A stretch of 60,855 nt of DNA, from positions 1 through 60,855 of the forward strand of contig JBILMH010000005.1 in NCBI GenBank assembly GCA_044375625.1, read 5' to 3'. Below, one piece after another: positions 46,712 to 56,332 of this stretch. The notes beneath the pieces were generated by a model. That model saw nothing but the letters and a program-made list of their open reading frames with translations. It was not told the origin of the DNA and did no database searches. Position numbers and translations under genes: made by a program. Position 1 is the stretch's first letter. Every line of letters begins with the position of its first letter. The DNA is from Alphaproteobacteria bacterium (GTDB taxonomy: Bacteria; Pseudomonadota; Alphaproteobacteria; CAISOG01).

Positions 46712-47956
46712 CTAGGCCGCGACCGCGTCACTGCCTTGCAGCTTGGCCACCGCCGCGCTCATTTTTTCACAAGCTTCCCGCAGTTTGGCCTGATTGACGT
46801 TACCAAAGGACATCCGCAAATGGGGTGACAGGCCACAGGTATAGCCAGGCAAGGCCACCACGCCCGCCGATTCCAACAGATAGGCGGCCACATCCTGATC
46901 ATTGGCCAATTGTTTGCCCGCTGGCGTGGTGCGACCAATCAGGCCGCCACAATTGGGGTAAACATAAAAGGCACCGTCGGGGGTCAGGCATGTGATGCCA
47001 TCAATGGCGTTCAACCCCGCCACCAACACATCACGGCGCCCCTGAAACTCCGCCACCCATGATGGCAAAAAGCTTTGGTCACCCTCCAACGCGGCCGCCG
47101 CCGCCGCCTGGCTGAGTGAAGAGGGGTTAGAGGTGGATTGCGATTGAATCAGGGTCATCGCCGCAATCAACTCCTTCGGGGCGGCGGCAAAGCCCAAACG
47201 CCACCCGGTCATTGCATGCGATTTGGACACACCATTGGCGACCATGGTGCGATCCTTTAAATCAGGGGCAACATTCAGAATGTTGCAAAAGCTCTTTCCA
47301 TCAAACACCAGCTTTTCGTAAATATCATCGCTTAAGATCATAACGTGATCGTTGCGGCGCAACACATCGGCCAGGGCGGTTAATTCATCCCTGCTATAGG
47401 CACTGCCGGTTGGGTTGGACGGCGAACACAGAATCAGCCATTTGGTGTGGGGGGTAATGGCGGCCTGCAACGCATCGGGGGTCAGCTTAAAATTGCTATC
47501 CTGGCCACAGGGGACAACCACGGGCTTGCCGCCCGCCAACAACACCATGTCGGGATAGGATACCCAATAGGGTGCGGGAATAATCACCTCATCCTGGGGG
47601 TTTAGGGTGGCCAAAAAAGCATTAAACAACAGCTGTTTGTTGCCTGTACCCGCCATCACCTCATCCGCGGTATAGTCCAGGGCGTTATCCTGCAAAAATT
47701 TGGCGCAAATGGCCTTTTTTAACGCCGGCGTGCCACCAACCGCGGTATAGCGGGTTTCGCCACGCGCCATCGCCGCAATCGCCGCCTGTTGCACATGGGG
47801 GGGCGTGTCAAAATCCGGCTCACCCGCCGACAGGTCGATAACATCGCGCCCCGCCGCCTTTAACTCCTTCGCCAATTGCACCAACGCCAGGGTGGGGGAA
47901 GGCTTAACGACGGCCAAACGGTCGGCCAAAAATTTGACTAAGGAATTGCCTGACAT
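46712..47956 (-). CDS. aspC: Aspartate aminotransferase
   Basis: GEPDFDTP, PYWVSYP, SPSNPTG, DDIYE, SKSHAMTGWRLG; start at ATG 47956. Confidence 0.9.
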   Translation of the reverse strand: MSGNSLVKFLADRLAVVKPSPTLALVQLAKELKAAGRDVIDLSAGEPDFDTPPHVQQAAIAAMARGETRYTAVGGTPALKKAICAKFLQDNALDYTADEVMAGTGNKQLLFNAFLATLNPQDEVIIPAPYWVSYPDMVLLAGGKPVVVPCGQDSNFKLTPDALQAAITPHTKWLILCSPSNPTGSAYSRDELTALADVLRRNDHVMILSDDIYEKLVFDGKSFCNILNVAPDLKDRTMVANGVSKSHAMTGWRLGFAAAPKELIAAMTLIQSQSTSNPSSLSQAAAAAALEGDQSFLPSWVAEFQGRRDVLVAGLNAIDGITCLTPDGAFYVYPNCGGLIGRTTPAGKQLANDQDVAAYLLESAGVVALPGYTCGLSPHLRMSFGNVNQAKLREACEKMSAAVAKLQGSDAVAA

Positions 47957-48207
47957 CCATAACCCCTTTCGTTTTTTGCAAAGATGACGCCCCCCACTTA
48001 ACCATAAAGAATGGCCATCGCCAAGGAAAAATCCAAAAAATGACAGGGGGGATGATAGGGGAATGATAAGAGGTTCGGGGTGTTGTTGTCGGGAGGGGGA
48101 GAGGGGGAGAGGGGGGGAGGGGGAGAGGAAGGGAGAGAGCCCGCTAGGAGAGAGCCCGCTGCCCACCGATGGTTGCACCCCATGCGATAGGCGGTTACAG
48201 GCTGTTT

Positions 48208-48897
48208 TTATCGTCCTTTCTGTGCTATTTCATTATAGCCAGGCGTCGCAGTGAAATCTCCAACAAACCCGTATTCATCCTCTTTGAGATTAGGAGTGGT
48301 CTGGCTAGTTGCGTCTATTCGGCCTTGTTCTTCGTCCGTTAGTCCCTGTTTAGAATTATCGTTAGAGCGACTGGGACTGGCAGCAGCTTGGGGCGCGGCA
48401 TAGCCAAATTTAATAAGCATACCCGGATACATATTGACCAACACAACCGCCAAGGTAGCCTTAACAGGTGCGGTAATGACGGTTGTCGTTGTTCCCAACA
48501 GATCCATCATGGCTTGAATTAATTCTTTATCCTTATTATTGGCATCGATCAGAAAGCTGGCGAAATTAAAGGCGGCATCGGTCGCCATCCATGCCCCATC
48601 AACAGCGCGACGCCATGTCGAACCAATACCATTTAGGCCTTTGGCAACGTTCTGTACATAGGCTGGTGCTTTTGCGTCAGCTACAAAACGCCAAGTCTGC
48701 TCCTCAGTTATCTCAGCATCCATAACATTTAGGATTGTTTTAGCGCCTGAAACCGCCTGGGCAGTATATTCAGGATGATCCCTTGCCCAAGCGGCACTGA
48801 CATAGGTGGGATGCGGTGCTACATGAATTTGCGTTCTTGATGGCGCGGTAGCAGTGGCGGGAGCCATAGGCTTTTCCATGAATCTATTTGTTAACAA
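48208..48897 (-). CDS. Hypothetical protein
   Basis: About 225-aa ORF with AGGAG upstream; start uncertain. Confidence 0.6.
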   Translation of the reverse strand: MLTNRFMEKPMAPATATAPSRTQIHVAPHPTYVSAAWARDHPEYTAQAVSGAKTILNVMDAEITEEQTWRFVADAKAPAYVQNVAKGLNGIGSTWRRAVDGAWMATDAAFNFASFLIDANNKDKELIQAMMDLLGTTTTVITAPVKATLAVVLVNMYPGMLIKFGYAAPQAAASPSRSNDNSKQGLTDEEQGRIDATSQTTPNLKEDEYGFVGDFTATPGYNEIAQKGR

Positions 48898-48969
48898 ACT
48901 CCTTCTAATCTACCCAAGTTTTATGAAGATTATGTGAAGGTCGCCCGATTTTGGGTATCGGGGGGGGAA

Positions 48970-49064
48970 GTTATCCCCGCACGGGTGAAGGCGGGGATTC
49001 ATAAGGCCGAAACCAATCAATTTTGCGGTTACGGTTGGTGGATTTCCGCCTGCGCGGAAATGAC
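48970..49064. repeat. Inverted pair of REP-like palindromes (REPIN-like)
   Basis: GTTATCCCCGC...GCGGGGATTC and GGATTTCCGCCTGCGCGGAAATGAC in inverted arrangement. Confidence 0.65.
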
Positions 49065-49074
49065 AAGGCTTTCT

Positions 49075-49827
49075 CTAACGCAGCACCGCCAGATAATTGA
49101 CCGCGACGTCGTTGCTTAGCCCCCATGTTCGGCTCAGCGGGTTCAGGGTCAACCCCGTCAATCGATCCATGGTCAGGCCGACATCGCGTGCCGCCGCCGC
49201 CAGCTCACTAGGCTTAACAAATTGCGACCAACGGTGGGTGCCCACCGCCACCCAACGCAACACCCGCTCTGCCGCCACCACCCCCAACAGATAGGATCGG
49301 GTGGTACGGTTCAGGGTGCTGATGATCACCAGGCCGCCTGGCTTTAACCGCTTGGCCAGCTCTGCCACAAAGCGCGCGGGGTTGGCAACATGTTCGATGA
49401 TCTCCAGGGCGATAATCGCGTCAAACGGGGCATCGGTGGGCAAATCCTCAACCGCGCTGCAACGATAATCGATGCTTAACCCCTGCTCCGCCCCGTGCGC
49501 CGCCGCCACCGCCACCGTTGCGGGCTCGGCATCCACCGCGGTCACCGCCGCCCCCAGCCGACTTAATGGCTCAGCGATCAGGCCGCCGCCACAGCCAACA
49601 TCCAACATGGTCAGCCCCGTCAACGGCTGCGCCGCCGCCGTATCCAGGCCAAAATGTTGGCACAGCTGTTCGCGGATATAGCTTAGGCGCAACGGGTTGA
49701 TGGCGTGCAACACGTCATAGCCACCGCCGCTGATCCACCAACGGTCGGCCTGCGCCGCGAAATGGCGTAGTTCCTCAGGGCGCGCCGTGCTGGTTGCAGA
49801 TGGTTGAGGGTTCGTGGTGGTGGTCAT
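49075..49827 (-). CDS. ubiG: Ubiquinone biosynthesis O-methyltransferase
   Basis: LHAINP.R, LDVGCGGG, LEIIEHV, STLNRT, GTH.W.QFVKP.EL, VNY. Confidence 0.95.
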   Translation of the reverse strand: MTTTTNPQPSATSTARPEELRHFAAQADRWWISGGGYDVLHAINPLRLSYIREQLCQHFGLDTAAAQPLTGLTMLDVGCGGGLIAEPLSRLGAAVTAVDAEPATVAVAAAHGAEQGLSIDYRCSAVEDLPTDAPFDAIIALEIIEHVANPARFVAELAKRLKPGGLVIISTLNRTTRSYLLGVVAAERVLRWVAVGTHRWSQFVKPSELAAAARDVGLTMDRLTGLTLNPLSRTWGLSNDVAVNYLAVLR

Positions 49828-49974
49828 ATAGGTGATTCAATCCAAAAAGCAGCAACTAACGAAAATGACAATCGAGCGAGAAACAGAACGGCGTGTACTT
49901 TTGCGTACATAAGCATTGTATCACAGACTGAGCGCATTTGCAGCACTGGTGCTTTCTAACGAGGAATACCTATA
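49827..49974. repeat. Degenerate RPE/MITE-like element (148 bp)
   Basis: TATAGGT...ACCTATA ends; shares CGAGAAAC, GTGTAC..GTACAT and ATTTGCAGCACTGG with 43547-43694. Confidence 0.7.
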
Positions 49975-50761
49975 GCGGCAACAGTCCCCCATTAACGTGG
50001 CGCAGGCTGGCTAAGGCTTGTTCAATGGCGGGCACCAAAATCCTGGCAACCGAATCGGCCTTAGCAGGCGTATCAATCTGATCCGATCGAACCTCTAAAA
50101 CAATGTTTGGCAAGGCCAGCGGGACAGCATGAAAAGAAATGGCAAAAGATACGCCGCCGCGAATGTCATAGGGCTCATTATCTCCCACCACCCAATCGGT
50201 AGCGGTGGTCAACTGCGCCAACATCGCGGCGCTTAACCCAAAATCCTGATCCCACAATACCCCAACCTGCCAAGGGCGCTGCTGGCCATGAAAATTGGGG
50301 GTAAAGCTGTGAACACTGATTAGGGCGGGGCGCACGCCCTCTAACAGGCTTTGGCTAATTTGGCGGGTGATAGCCTGATGATATGGCCAGAACCAAGTTT
50401 TGGCGCGCTCCGCCACCTCCTCCTGCTGCAGATTCTGGTTGCCGGGGATCTCCAACATTTTCTGTACCCGCTGTGCCACAAATTCGGGGTCATAGGGCCA
50501 TCGGTTACATTCCACCACCAAACGGCTGACAGTGGCCAGCACGGCGGGGGCATGCAACCACTTTGCCAAGGCACGAGTTAGATCGGCCGCCCCCACGTCC
50601 AACAGCGCGTTCAAATGCTGGTCGGGATCGTTAAAACTGGTGGGTAGCCCCAGGCCGTTTAGCGCGGTCGGAATAAAGCTGCCTGCATGTTCGCAGGTCA
50701 GCACCAGATCGGATCGACCCGTAGGATTCAACACGGAAAAAGGATCTGGCATAGCCGTCAT
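49970..50761 (-). CDS. N-formylglutamate amidohydrolase family protein
   Basis: TCEHAG, D.GA, SRLVVECNR, PYH, SVHSFTP, GDNEPY, EVR.D; start uncertain. Confidence 0.88.
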   Translation of the reverse strand: MTAMPDPFSVLNPTGRSDLVLTCEHAGSFIPTALNGLGLPTSFNDPDQHLNALLDVGAADLTRALAKWLHAPAVLATVSRLVVECNRWPYDPEFVAQRVQKMLEIPGNQNLQQEEVAERAKTWFWPYHQAITRQISQSLLEGVRPALISVHSFTPNFHGQQRPWQVGVLWDQDFGLSAAMLAQLTTATDWVVGDNEPYDIRGGVSFAISFHAVPLALPNIVLEVRSDQIDTPAKADSVARILVPAIEQALASLRHVNGGLLPL

Positions 50762-50877
50762 GCCAACCATCATGCGCCGCCGCCCGCTGCAAATCAAGAT
50801 CTGGCGGTAACACTCCATCGCAAGAGGGGGGGAATTGGTGGCGACAGAAAAAGGCTAAACTTATCCGCACCACCAAC

Positions 50878-50971
50878 TGTCATTCTACCCTTTATGGGTA
50901 GAATCTCTAATCCTAACCGCTGTACAGGCGGTGCCATCGCATGGATCCTACCCACAAGGGGTAGGATGACA
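50878..50971. repeat. Inverted pair of REP-like palindromes (REPIN-like)
   Basis: TGTCATTCTACCC-TTTAT-GGGTAGAATCT and GGATCCTACCC-ACAAG-GGGTAGGATGACA. Confidence 0.7.
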
Positions 50972-51008
50972 ACAGAGAGGCGGGAATGTTTCATCATCCC
51001 CCATCGCC

Positions 51009-51046
51009 AGAGGGGGGATGCCCAGCACGCCGAACATCCCCCCTCT
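51009..51046 (-). terminator. Hairpin downstream of the pilin gene
   Basis: Perfect 12-bp stem AGAGGGGGGATG/CATCCCCCCTCT with a 14-nt loop; no clear U-tract. Confidence 0.4.
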
Positions 51047-51078
51047 AATCTGATAGTCGGGTGGCCAAAGCCCCCTAT

Positions 51079-51867
51079 CTACAGCGCGATGAACAGCAGG
51101 CAGTTGCGGTCGCTGCTGGTGCCATCATAGCTAAGGTTGGGTGCCGTCCCGGTGGTGCAGCCCGTGCCCGTCGCCATAACCTTGCCCGTGCGGGGATTGC
51201 CATCGTCCAAGGCTTTATCAATCTGATAGGCCTGATCAGGTTTTAGGATAGGGGTGCCTGCAAAATCACCCGTTGTTGCACCATCCGCCGTGGTTGGGGA
51301 TCCATCGCCAACCCGTAACCATGTCCCCTTGGGAATGGCCACCGAATTGCTGGTGGTGGTTCCGTCGGCCGCAACCGCAACGATGCCACCGCCCAGACGG
51401 GTGGCGGGAATATCCTTACCCAACTTAGCGCTGGATGCAGTTGCGGTGGGATTGGCATTGACCCCCGTCACCAAATTGGCCGCAACCAGATGCTGCCAGA
51501 ATTGGGCGTTTTCCGTGCTGGCAGCACTAAGGGCGGTTGAGCCTAAGGCGCCTGAACCACTGCCGTTGCTTAAGCTGGCGTTCAAGCGGGTGGTGGCCTC
51601 AGAAAAATTGCCGGGCAGCGCATTGTATTTGTCCTGAAACGTGGTGACCGCCGTGCGATAGCCCTGCACCTGATCCACCAACGACTGTATGCGGGCATTT
51701 TCAATCAAGGTTTGCCCCTGCAAGGCGCCGCCAATCAACAGACCCGCCACCGCCAAGACAATGGCGGCTTCGATCAGGCTGAACCCCGCCTGGCGATTTT
51801 TTCGTTTGGCGGCGGATTGTTGGGATGGATTGGTCAAAATTTTGGCCAAAATTTTGGAATTTTTCAT
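51079..51867 (-). CDS. Type IV pilin-like protein (prepilin N-terminal cleavage/methylation)
   Basis: Basic leader, G|FSLIE plus hydrophobic helix, C-terminal Cys pair, GGAG RBS. Confidence 0.88.
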   Translation of the reverse strand: MKNSKILAKILTNPSQQSAAKRKNRQAGFSLIEAAIVLAVAGLLIGGALQGQTLIENARIQSLVDQVQGYRTAVTTFQDKYNALPGNFSEATTRLNASLSNGSGSGALGSTALSAASTENAQFWQHLVAANLVTGVNANPTATASSAKLGKDIPATRLGGGIVAVAADGTTTSNSVAIPKGTWLRVGDGSPTTADGATTGDFAGTPILKPDQAYQIDKALDDGNPRTGKVMATGTGCTTGTAPNLSYDGTSSDRNCLLFIAL

Positions 51868-51891
51868 GGAAATAGCTCCTGATGGTTGATG

Positions 51892-53718
51892 TTACGGGTT
51901 AGGGTTAGAGGAAATTGGTGCAGGGGGTGATGATTCCCGCGGCGTATCGCCTGGCGACCTGGCCGCAGGATCCTGTTCTTCCGGCAACGTCTCGGCGCTA
52001 TAGCCTGGCAAGGCTAAGGGGCGCGGATCGCGGGTAAATTTCTGATACAACTTGGCATCGGCGGGGCTAACGCTGGCCTGGGCATCGGCGGGCGGCAACA
52101 GGGTTGCGCGCAGGAAGATAACCAATTCCACCACCTCCTGCGAATCATCCTTTGCGGCCACCAGCGGGCTTAGCAGGGCGGGCACATTATCCTTTAGCCC
52201 TGGAATCCCCTCCTTCTGATTTAGCCCGCGATCCTGCATCAATCCGCCCATCACAATCGCCTCACCCGATTGCAGGCGCAGCACCGAATCCAATTCCCGC
52301 ACCTCAACAATTGGCACGCTGGACACCACCGTGTTGTTTGAGGCAATCGCCACCGCGGGATCGGCGGTAAAGCCGGTAATGCGGGAAATGGTGGGGCGCA
52401 AGGTTAGGGTGACGTTTTGGCTGTCGGGGTTAATGGCGGGTTGCACGCTCATCACCAGCCCGATGGGCACCGTGTACAGCTGGCTGCCAACCGACACCAC
52501 ATCGGGATCGCCGTTTTTGCCCTGGCGCCGTTCATAGTCCAGGGTGAAATACACCTGATTCTGCGCCACTTTCAGAATAGCGTTTTGGTTGTTCATCACG
52601 GTTAGGCGGGGGTTGGATAGGGTGCGGGTGGTGCCAAAACTGTCCAAAAAGCCCAATACACCCGCAAAATTGCTGTCGTTAAGCGATAGGGTTAGAAAGC
52701 CTGGGGCAACCTTACCGGTTGAATCATAAGGACCTTCCTGTAGGGCAGAGCCCGCACCAAAGCTGCCCGCCGCGTTAAGAGCGGGTTTGCCCTTAACAAA
52801 AGTGCGCCAGTTGATGCCGCTGCGATACTGATCATTCAAGCTGACCTCAACCACCTTGGCCTCAATCAACACCTGCCCCGTCATTTGCCGTTGCAGCTCC
52901 GCCAGAAATTCTGTCACCCGTTTTTGTTGTACCTTGGTGCCGGTCACGGTCAACATCCCCGCCTGACGGTTCAGGCTGAAACTGCTGGCACTGTTCTCAT
53001 TATCCTCGGCCTTGCTGACCCGTCCATCCTTACTAAGCAGCAGGCGTAGGTTGGTTTCCAAATCGCCAAAGGGATCCGCCGTTGCCGTGCTACGAATGCG
53101 GCTTTTCGACCCGTTATCGCCGCTGTTGTTGGCATTCTGACCCTTAGCGACCGCGCCAAACACATCGGTGGAAATCCCAATGCTGCCCTGGCTTTCGCGC
53201 ACCGCGTTCAGGAAGTCCAGATGGTAATCCTGGGTATAGGGCAAATCCCGCTCCACCTGCAAAAAGCCGTTGCGGACGTGATAGCGGGTGTTGGTGCGGC
53301 TGGTAATTTGATCCAGCACATCGCGCAGAGGGCGGTTTTGCACGTTCATCAGCAAGCTACCCTGCACCTGTGGATCAATATCGGCGTCCAACCCCGTTTG
53401 GCGCGCCAGTTCCAGCAACAGGTCGCGCAGCGGCACCCCATCCCCCACGCTTAACGACACCGGCTTTAGCAGGGCGGCATCAATCGGCTCAACGGTAATC
53501 GCCTTATTGGGGGCAGGCGGGGTGGCAGCGGGCGGTTGCGCGGGCGGCATGGTGTTGTTGGGGTTGATCAGCGATTGGCGATAATCCTCAGGCGTCAGTT
53601 TTAGGGTGGGGTCGTGCATCGCCTCATGCCCCGGGTCACACCCCATCAGCATGGCTATCAGGCCAGCAAGCAGCAGCGGCCTGCAAACAAATCGATGGTG
53701 GGGCAACAGTTTGGTCAT
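51892..53718 (-). CDS. Secretin (MshL/GspD-like lipoprotein)
   Basis: Lipobox-like LMGC, QVLIEAKVVEV.L...GINW, LSNPRL, GGLM, ELVIFL. Confidence 0.9.
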   Translation of the reverse strand: MTKLLPHHRFVCRPLLLAGLIAMLMGCDPGHEAMHDPTLKLTPEDYRQSLINPNNTMPPAQPPAATPPAPNKAITVEPIDAALLKPVSLSVGDGVPLRDLLLELARQTGLDADIDPQVQGSLLMNVQNRPLRDVLDQITSRTNTRYHVRNGFLQVERDLPYTQDYHLDFLNAVRESQGSIGISTDVFGAVAKGQNANNSGDNGSKSRIRSTATADPFGDLETNLRLLLSKDGRVSKAEDNENSASSFSLNRQAGMLTVTGTKVQQKRVTEFLAELQRQMTGQVLIEAKVVEVSLNDQYRSGINWRTFVKGKPALNAAGSFGAGSALQEGPYDSTGKVAPGFLTLSLNDSNFAGVLGFLDSFGTTRTLSNPRLTVMNNQNAILKVAQNQVYFTLDYERRQGKNGDPDVVSVGSQLYTVPIGLVMSVQPAINPDSQNVTLTLRPTISRITGFTADPAVAIASNNTVVSSVPIVEVRELDSVLRLQSGEAIVMGGLMQDRGLNQKEGIPGLKDNVPALLSPLVAAKDDSQEVVELVIFLRATLLPPADAQASVSPADAKLYQKFTRDPRPLALPGYSAETLPEEQDPAARSPGDTPRESSPPAPISSNPNP

Positions 53719-55073
53719 GGCTTAGGGGCTGCAGTTTCTTTGGGGGTTGAGGATTTCGGCTTAGCGGTTGTTGGTTGGGGTTTGGGGGATGGATGGGGAA
53801 GAGTGGGCGGCAATTCGGTGGCCAATTCAGCGGACAATTCGGTGGATAAGGGTGGTGGTGGCGGCAAAATCGCCTGTCCCGCCATCGGGTGATAGCCAAC
53901 TGGCCGCAAGCCTTTTGCACTGGCGGCAGACTCTGACGCTGTAGAAGGAACCACATTGACCATTGGTGCCAGGGGACTATCGCTGCCCCCCGCCGACAGT
54001 TTCAGCAGGCGGCCATCCACGCTGTGTTGCCACAAAACCGATTGGGCGGAAACCGTCAACAGCTGCCAATCGCCCAGCTGAATGCTGGGGCTGCTGCTGT
54101 CATATTTCTGACCATTCAGCCAAAAGCTCCAGCGTTCGGGGCTAAGGTACAAAATCGCGCTGACCGTCATGGGTCTTGCGCCAGCTACCCCAACGCCCCC
54201 CCCCATTTGGTCAGAGGGCGGCGCCATCGATGCCCGCGGGTCGGCCAAGCCAACCGCTTCGGGTGACAGCAGCGGCCGCTGCATCCCCTGAGCTATCCCC
54301 TGATTCACCCCCTGATACGCGGCTTGATAACCGTTCCTATCCCCCTCTTGGGCGCTAAATTGAGGGGCTAACCCATCTTGCCCAGCTTTTTTGGCCTGCG
54401 TTTCCAATGAACCACCCGCCTGGCTAGCCGCCGCCAGTGCTGGCCAAGCTGGCAAGGGATCGGCCAGCCCGATGAGCAGCAATTGCCATTGGCTATCCAC
54501 CAGGGCGGGGCTTTTGTCGCTGGCGAGCAACGGCTTTTGGGTTAATTGCAAGGGAATCACAAAGCCTGGCAGTTGCGACGCCAAGGTCATCACCACTTGC
54601 CGCCCCTGCAAATCATCGACGGTTTTAACTGCCAGCTGCAGCTTAAAGGCGTTCAGCTTAAGACTTTGCTCGGTTGTGCCATCCAACTGATCCTCTAACG
54701 GATAGCGCGCCGCCCCCACCATCAGGTCACCCAGTTGTGGGCGCAGCTGTTGCACATTGGGATCTTGCCGCAATTTGGCCAGGGCAACGGTTACCGCCTG
54801 CGCCGTCAGCGGGCTGGCCAGGCTTTGGCGCTCATACAGCCCTATGGCGGGCAGGCGTTGTTGCCAAGCCTGCAAATTGTTCAGCTGCTGATTGGCCAGG
54901 CGGGCGGTCTGCTTAGCCTGCGTCAACCGTTGCTGCTGCTGCCCACGCCAGCTGTGACCCGCGATGACCATCAGCACGCCGACCATCAGCACCAGCATGG
55001 CCAGCCATTGCCCCTGGCGGTTTTGGCGCATCAGCGGGCTGGTGGATTGGGGATGGGGGTGGGAAGGCTTCAT
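53715..55073 (-). CDS. Hypothetical pilus assembly protein
   Basis: N-terminal TM and coiled coil, overlap with the secretin gene, operon position. Confidence 0.55.
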   Translation of the reverse strand: MKPSHPHPQSTSPLMRQNRQGQWLAMLVLMVGVLMVIAGHSWRGQQQQRLTQAKQTARLANQQLNNLQAWQQRLPAIGLYERQSLASPLTAQAVTVALAKLRQDPNVQQLRPQLGDLMVGAARYPLEDQLDGTTEQSLKLNAFKLQLAVKTVDDLQGRQVVMTLASQLPGFVIPLQLTQKPLLASDKSPALVDSQWQLLLIGLADPLPAWPALAAASQAGGSLETQAKKAGQDGLAPQFSAQEGDRNGYQAAYQGVNQGIAQGMQRPLLSPEAVGLADPRASMAPPSDQMGGGVGVAGARPMTVSAILYLSPERWSFWLNGQKYDSSSPSIQLGDWQLLTVSAQSVLWQHSVDGRLLKLSAGGSDSPLAPMVNVVPSTASESAASAKGLRPVGYHPMAGQAILPPPPPLSTELSAELATELPPTLPHPSPKPQPTTAKPKSSTPKETAAPKP

Positions 55074-55075
55074 GA

Positions 55076-56332
55076 CTACTCGTTCGCCCCCGCTTTGCCA
55101 GAATCTTTGGATGCCTGATTGGCCGCCTGATTGGCTGGCTGAAGCGTCAGAATTTGCGCCCCGTTGGCGGCGGTTTGCCAGCTGGCGGTCATGGATGCGG
55201 CTTTGTCAGCGGGCTGGCCAGCATGGTCACCTGATGATTCAGAAGATTCGGGCGATTCGGCGGATTCGGCCAGTTGGCTGGGCAACAGGGCGATGATGTT
55301 GGCAACGGTGGGATCCTCCGCCAGGGTGGCGGGCACCTGGATCTGCAATTCGGGCTGGCTGGTTTTGGTTAGGGCGGCATGGCTGGGTTGCCACCATTGC
55401 TCTGGCTTGCTGCGACCCGCCTGCCAGCTTAGTTTGTCGGCCATCAGCGCACTTGGCCAAACCGCGGATACCCTCGACAACCAGCCAAACAGGGGGGGAT
55501 GGTTGGCCACCTGCTGTTGCCACCAGCGATCGGCCAATTGCCAATGGTGACTATCGGCTAACGGCATCGGCATCTGACCCGCCAACTGTTGAACCGATTG
55601 TTGGGTGGTGACCGCCTTGACCTGCATCGCCATCGCTTCCTGCCGCAGCTGCACCCCATCCAGCAGCAACAAAATCGTCACCGCCACCGCCGCCGCCCCG
55701 CTGACCCATTGGCATCGCCGCAACCACAGCCATTGCTGGCTAAGCCGTTGCCAAATCGCGGTCAGCGGTAGCCATAGCGGAATCGGCGCGCCATCGTCCC
55801 GCCCCGCCAACATAACCTTGCTCAGGCGGTGGCCATCCCCCTGCAACAGATCCAGCAGTTCGGGCAAATAGCCAAGACCGCGCAACAACCACACATCGCG
55901 GCCACCCGTGGCGGGCTGCCCGCCGCCAATGCCACCCTGATACCCATTCGGGCTTGATCGCGGCATGGCCGTTGCGCCCACCGCCACCAATTCCCCCGCC
56001 ATCAGCTGTCGGCTAAAGCGTTGCTGCAAAAACGGCGCCCATTCACGGCGCTGCAACTTTGGCCACACCATCACCTGGGTCTCGGCGGTTTCATGAGCGA
56101 TGACCAGCTGAAGCGGGCTAGCGGGGGGCAGGTGATCGCGCAGCTGCCGCCAAATGCCTGGGATACCATCTTGGCCAGAGGGGTTGGCCGCGCTGTTCAT
56201 GATGGGGGGAACGGCAACAGACCCCTCCTCCTGCCAGCCATCCGGCGACCAGGATTGCACCCGCACCGATTGTTCATCCAGCAACAGGCGCCAAGCGTTT
56301 TGATTCAACCGGGACAACAGGCGCTTGAGCAT
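55076..56332 (-). CDS. Hypothetical pilus alignment protein (GspL/PilN-like topology)
   Basis: Central TM followed by coiled coil; in-operon spacing of 0-2 bp. Confidence 0.55.
   Translation of the reverse strand: MLKRLLSRLNQNAWRLLLDEQSVRVQSWSPDGWQEEGSVAVPPIMNSAANPSGQDGIPGIWRQLRDHLPPASPLQLVIAHETAETQVMVWPKLQRREWAPFLQQRFSRQLMAGELVAVGATAMPRSSPNGYQGGIGGGQPATGGRDVWLLRGLGYLPELLDLLQGDGHRLSKVMLAGRDDGAPIPLWLPLTAIWQRLSQQWLWLRRCQWVSGAAAVAVTILLLLDGVQLRQEAMAMQVKAVTTQQSVQQLAGQMPMPLADSHHWQLADRWWQQQVANHPPLFGWLSRVSAVWPSALMADKLSWQAGRSKPEQWWQPSHAALTKTSQPELQIQVPATLAEDPTVANIIALLPSQLAESAESPESSESSGDHAGQPADKAASMTASWQTAANGAQILTLQPANQAANQASKDSGKAGANE

Noticed and set aside
47957-48178. Ser/Pro-rich N-terminal extension of AspC and the G/A-rich tract
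   Set aside because: Homology begins near Met 47956; the tract is low-complexity intergenic sequence with no evidence of function.
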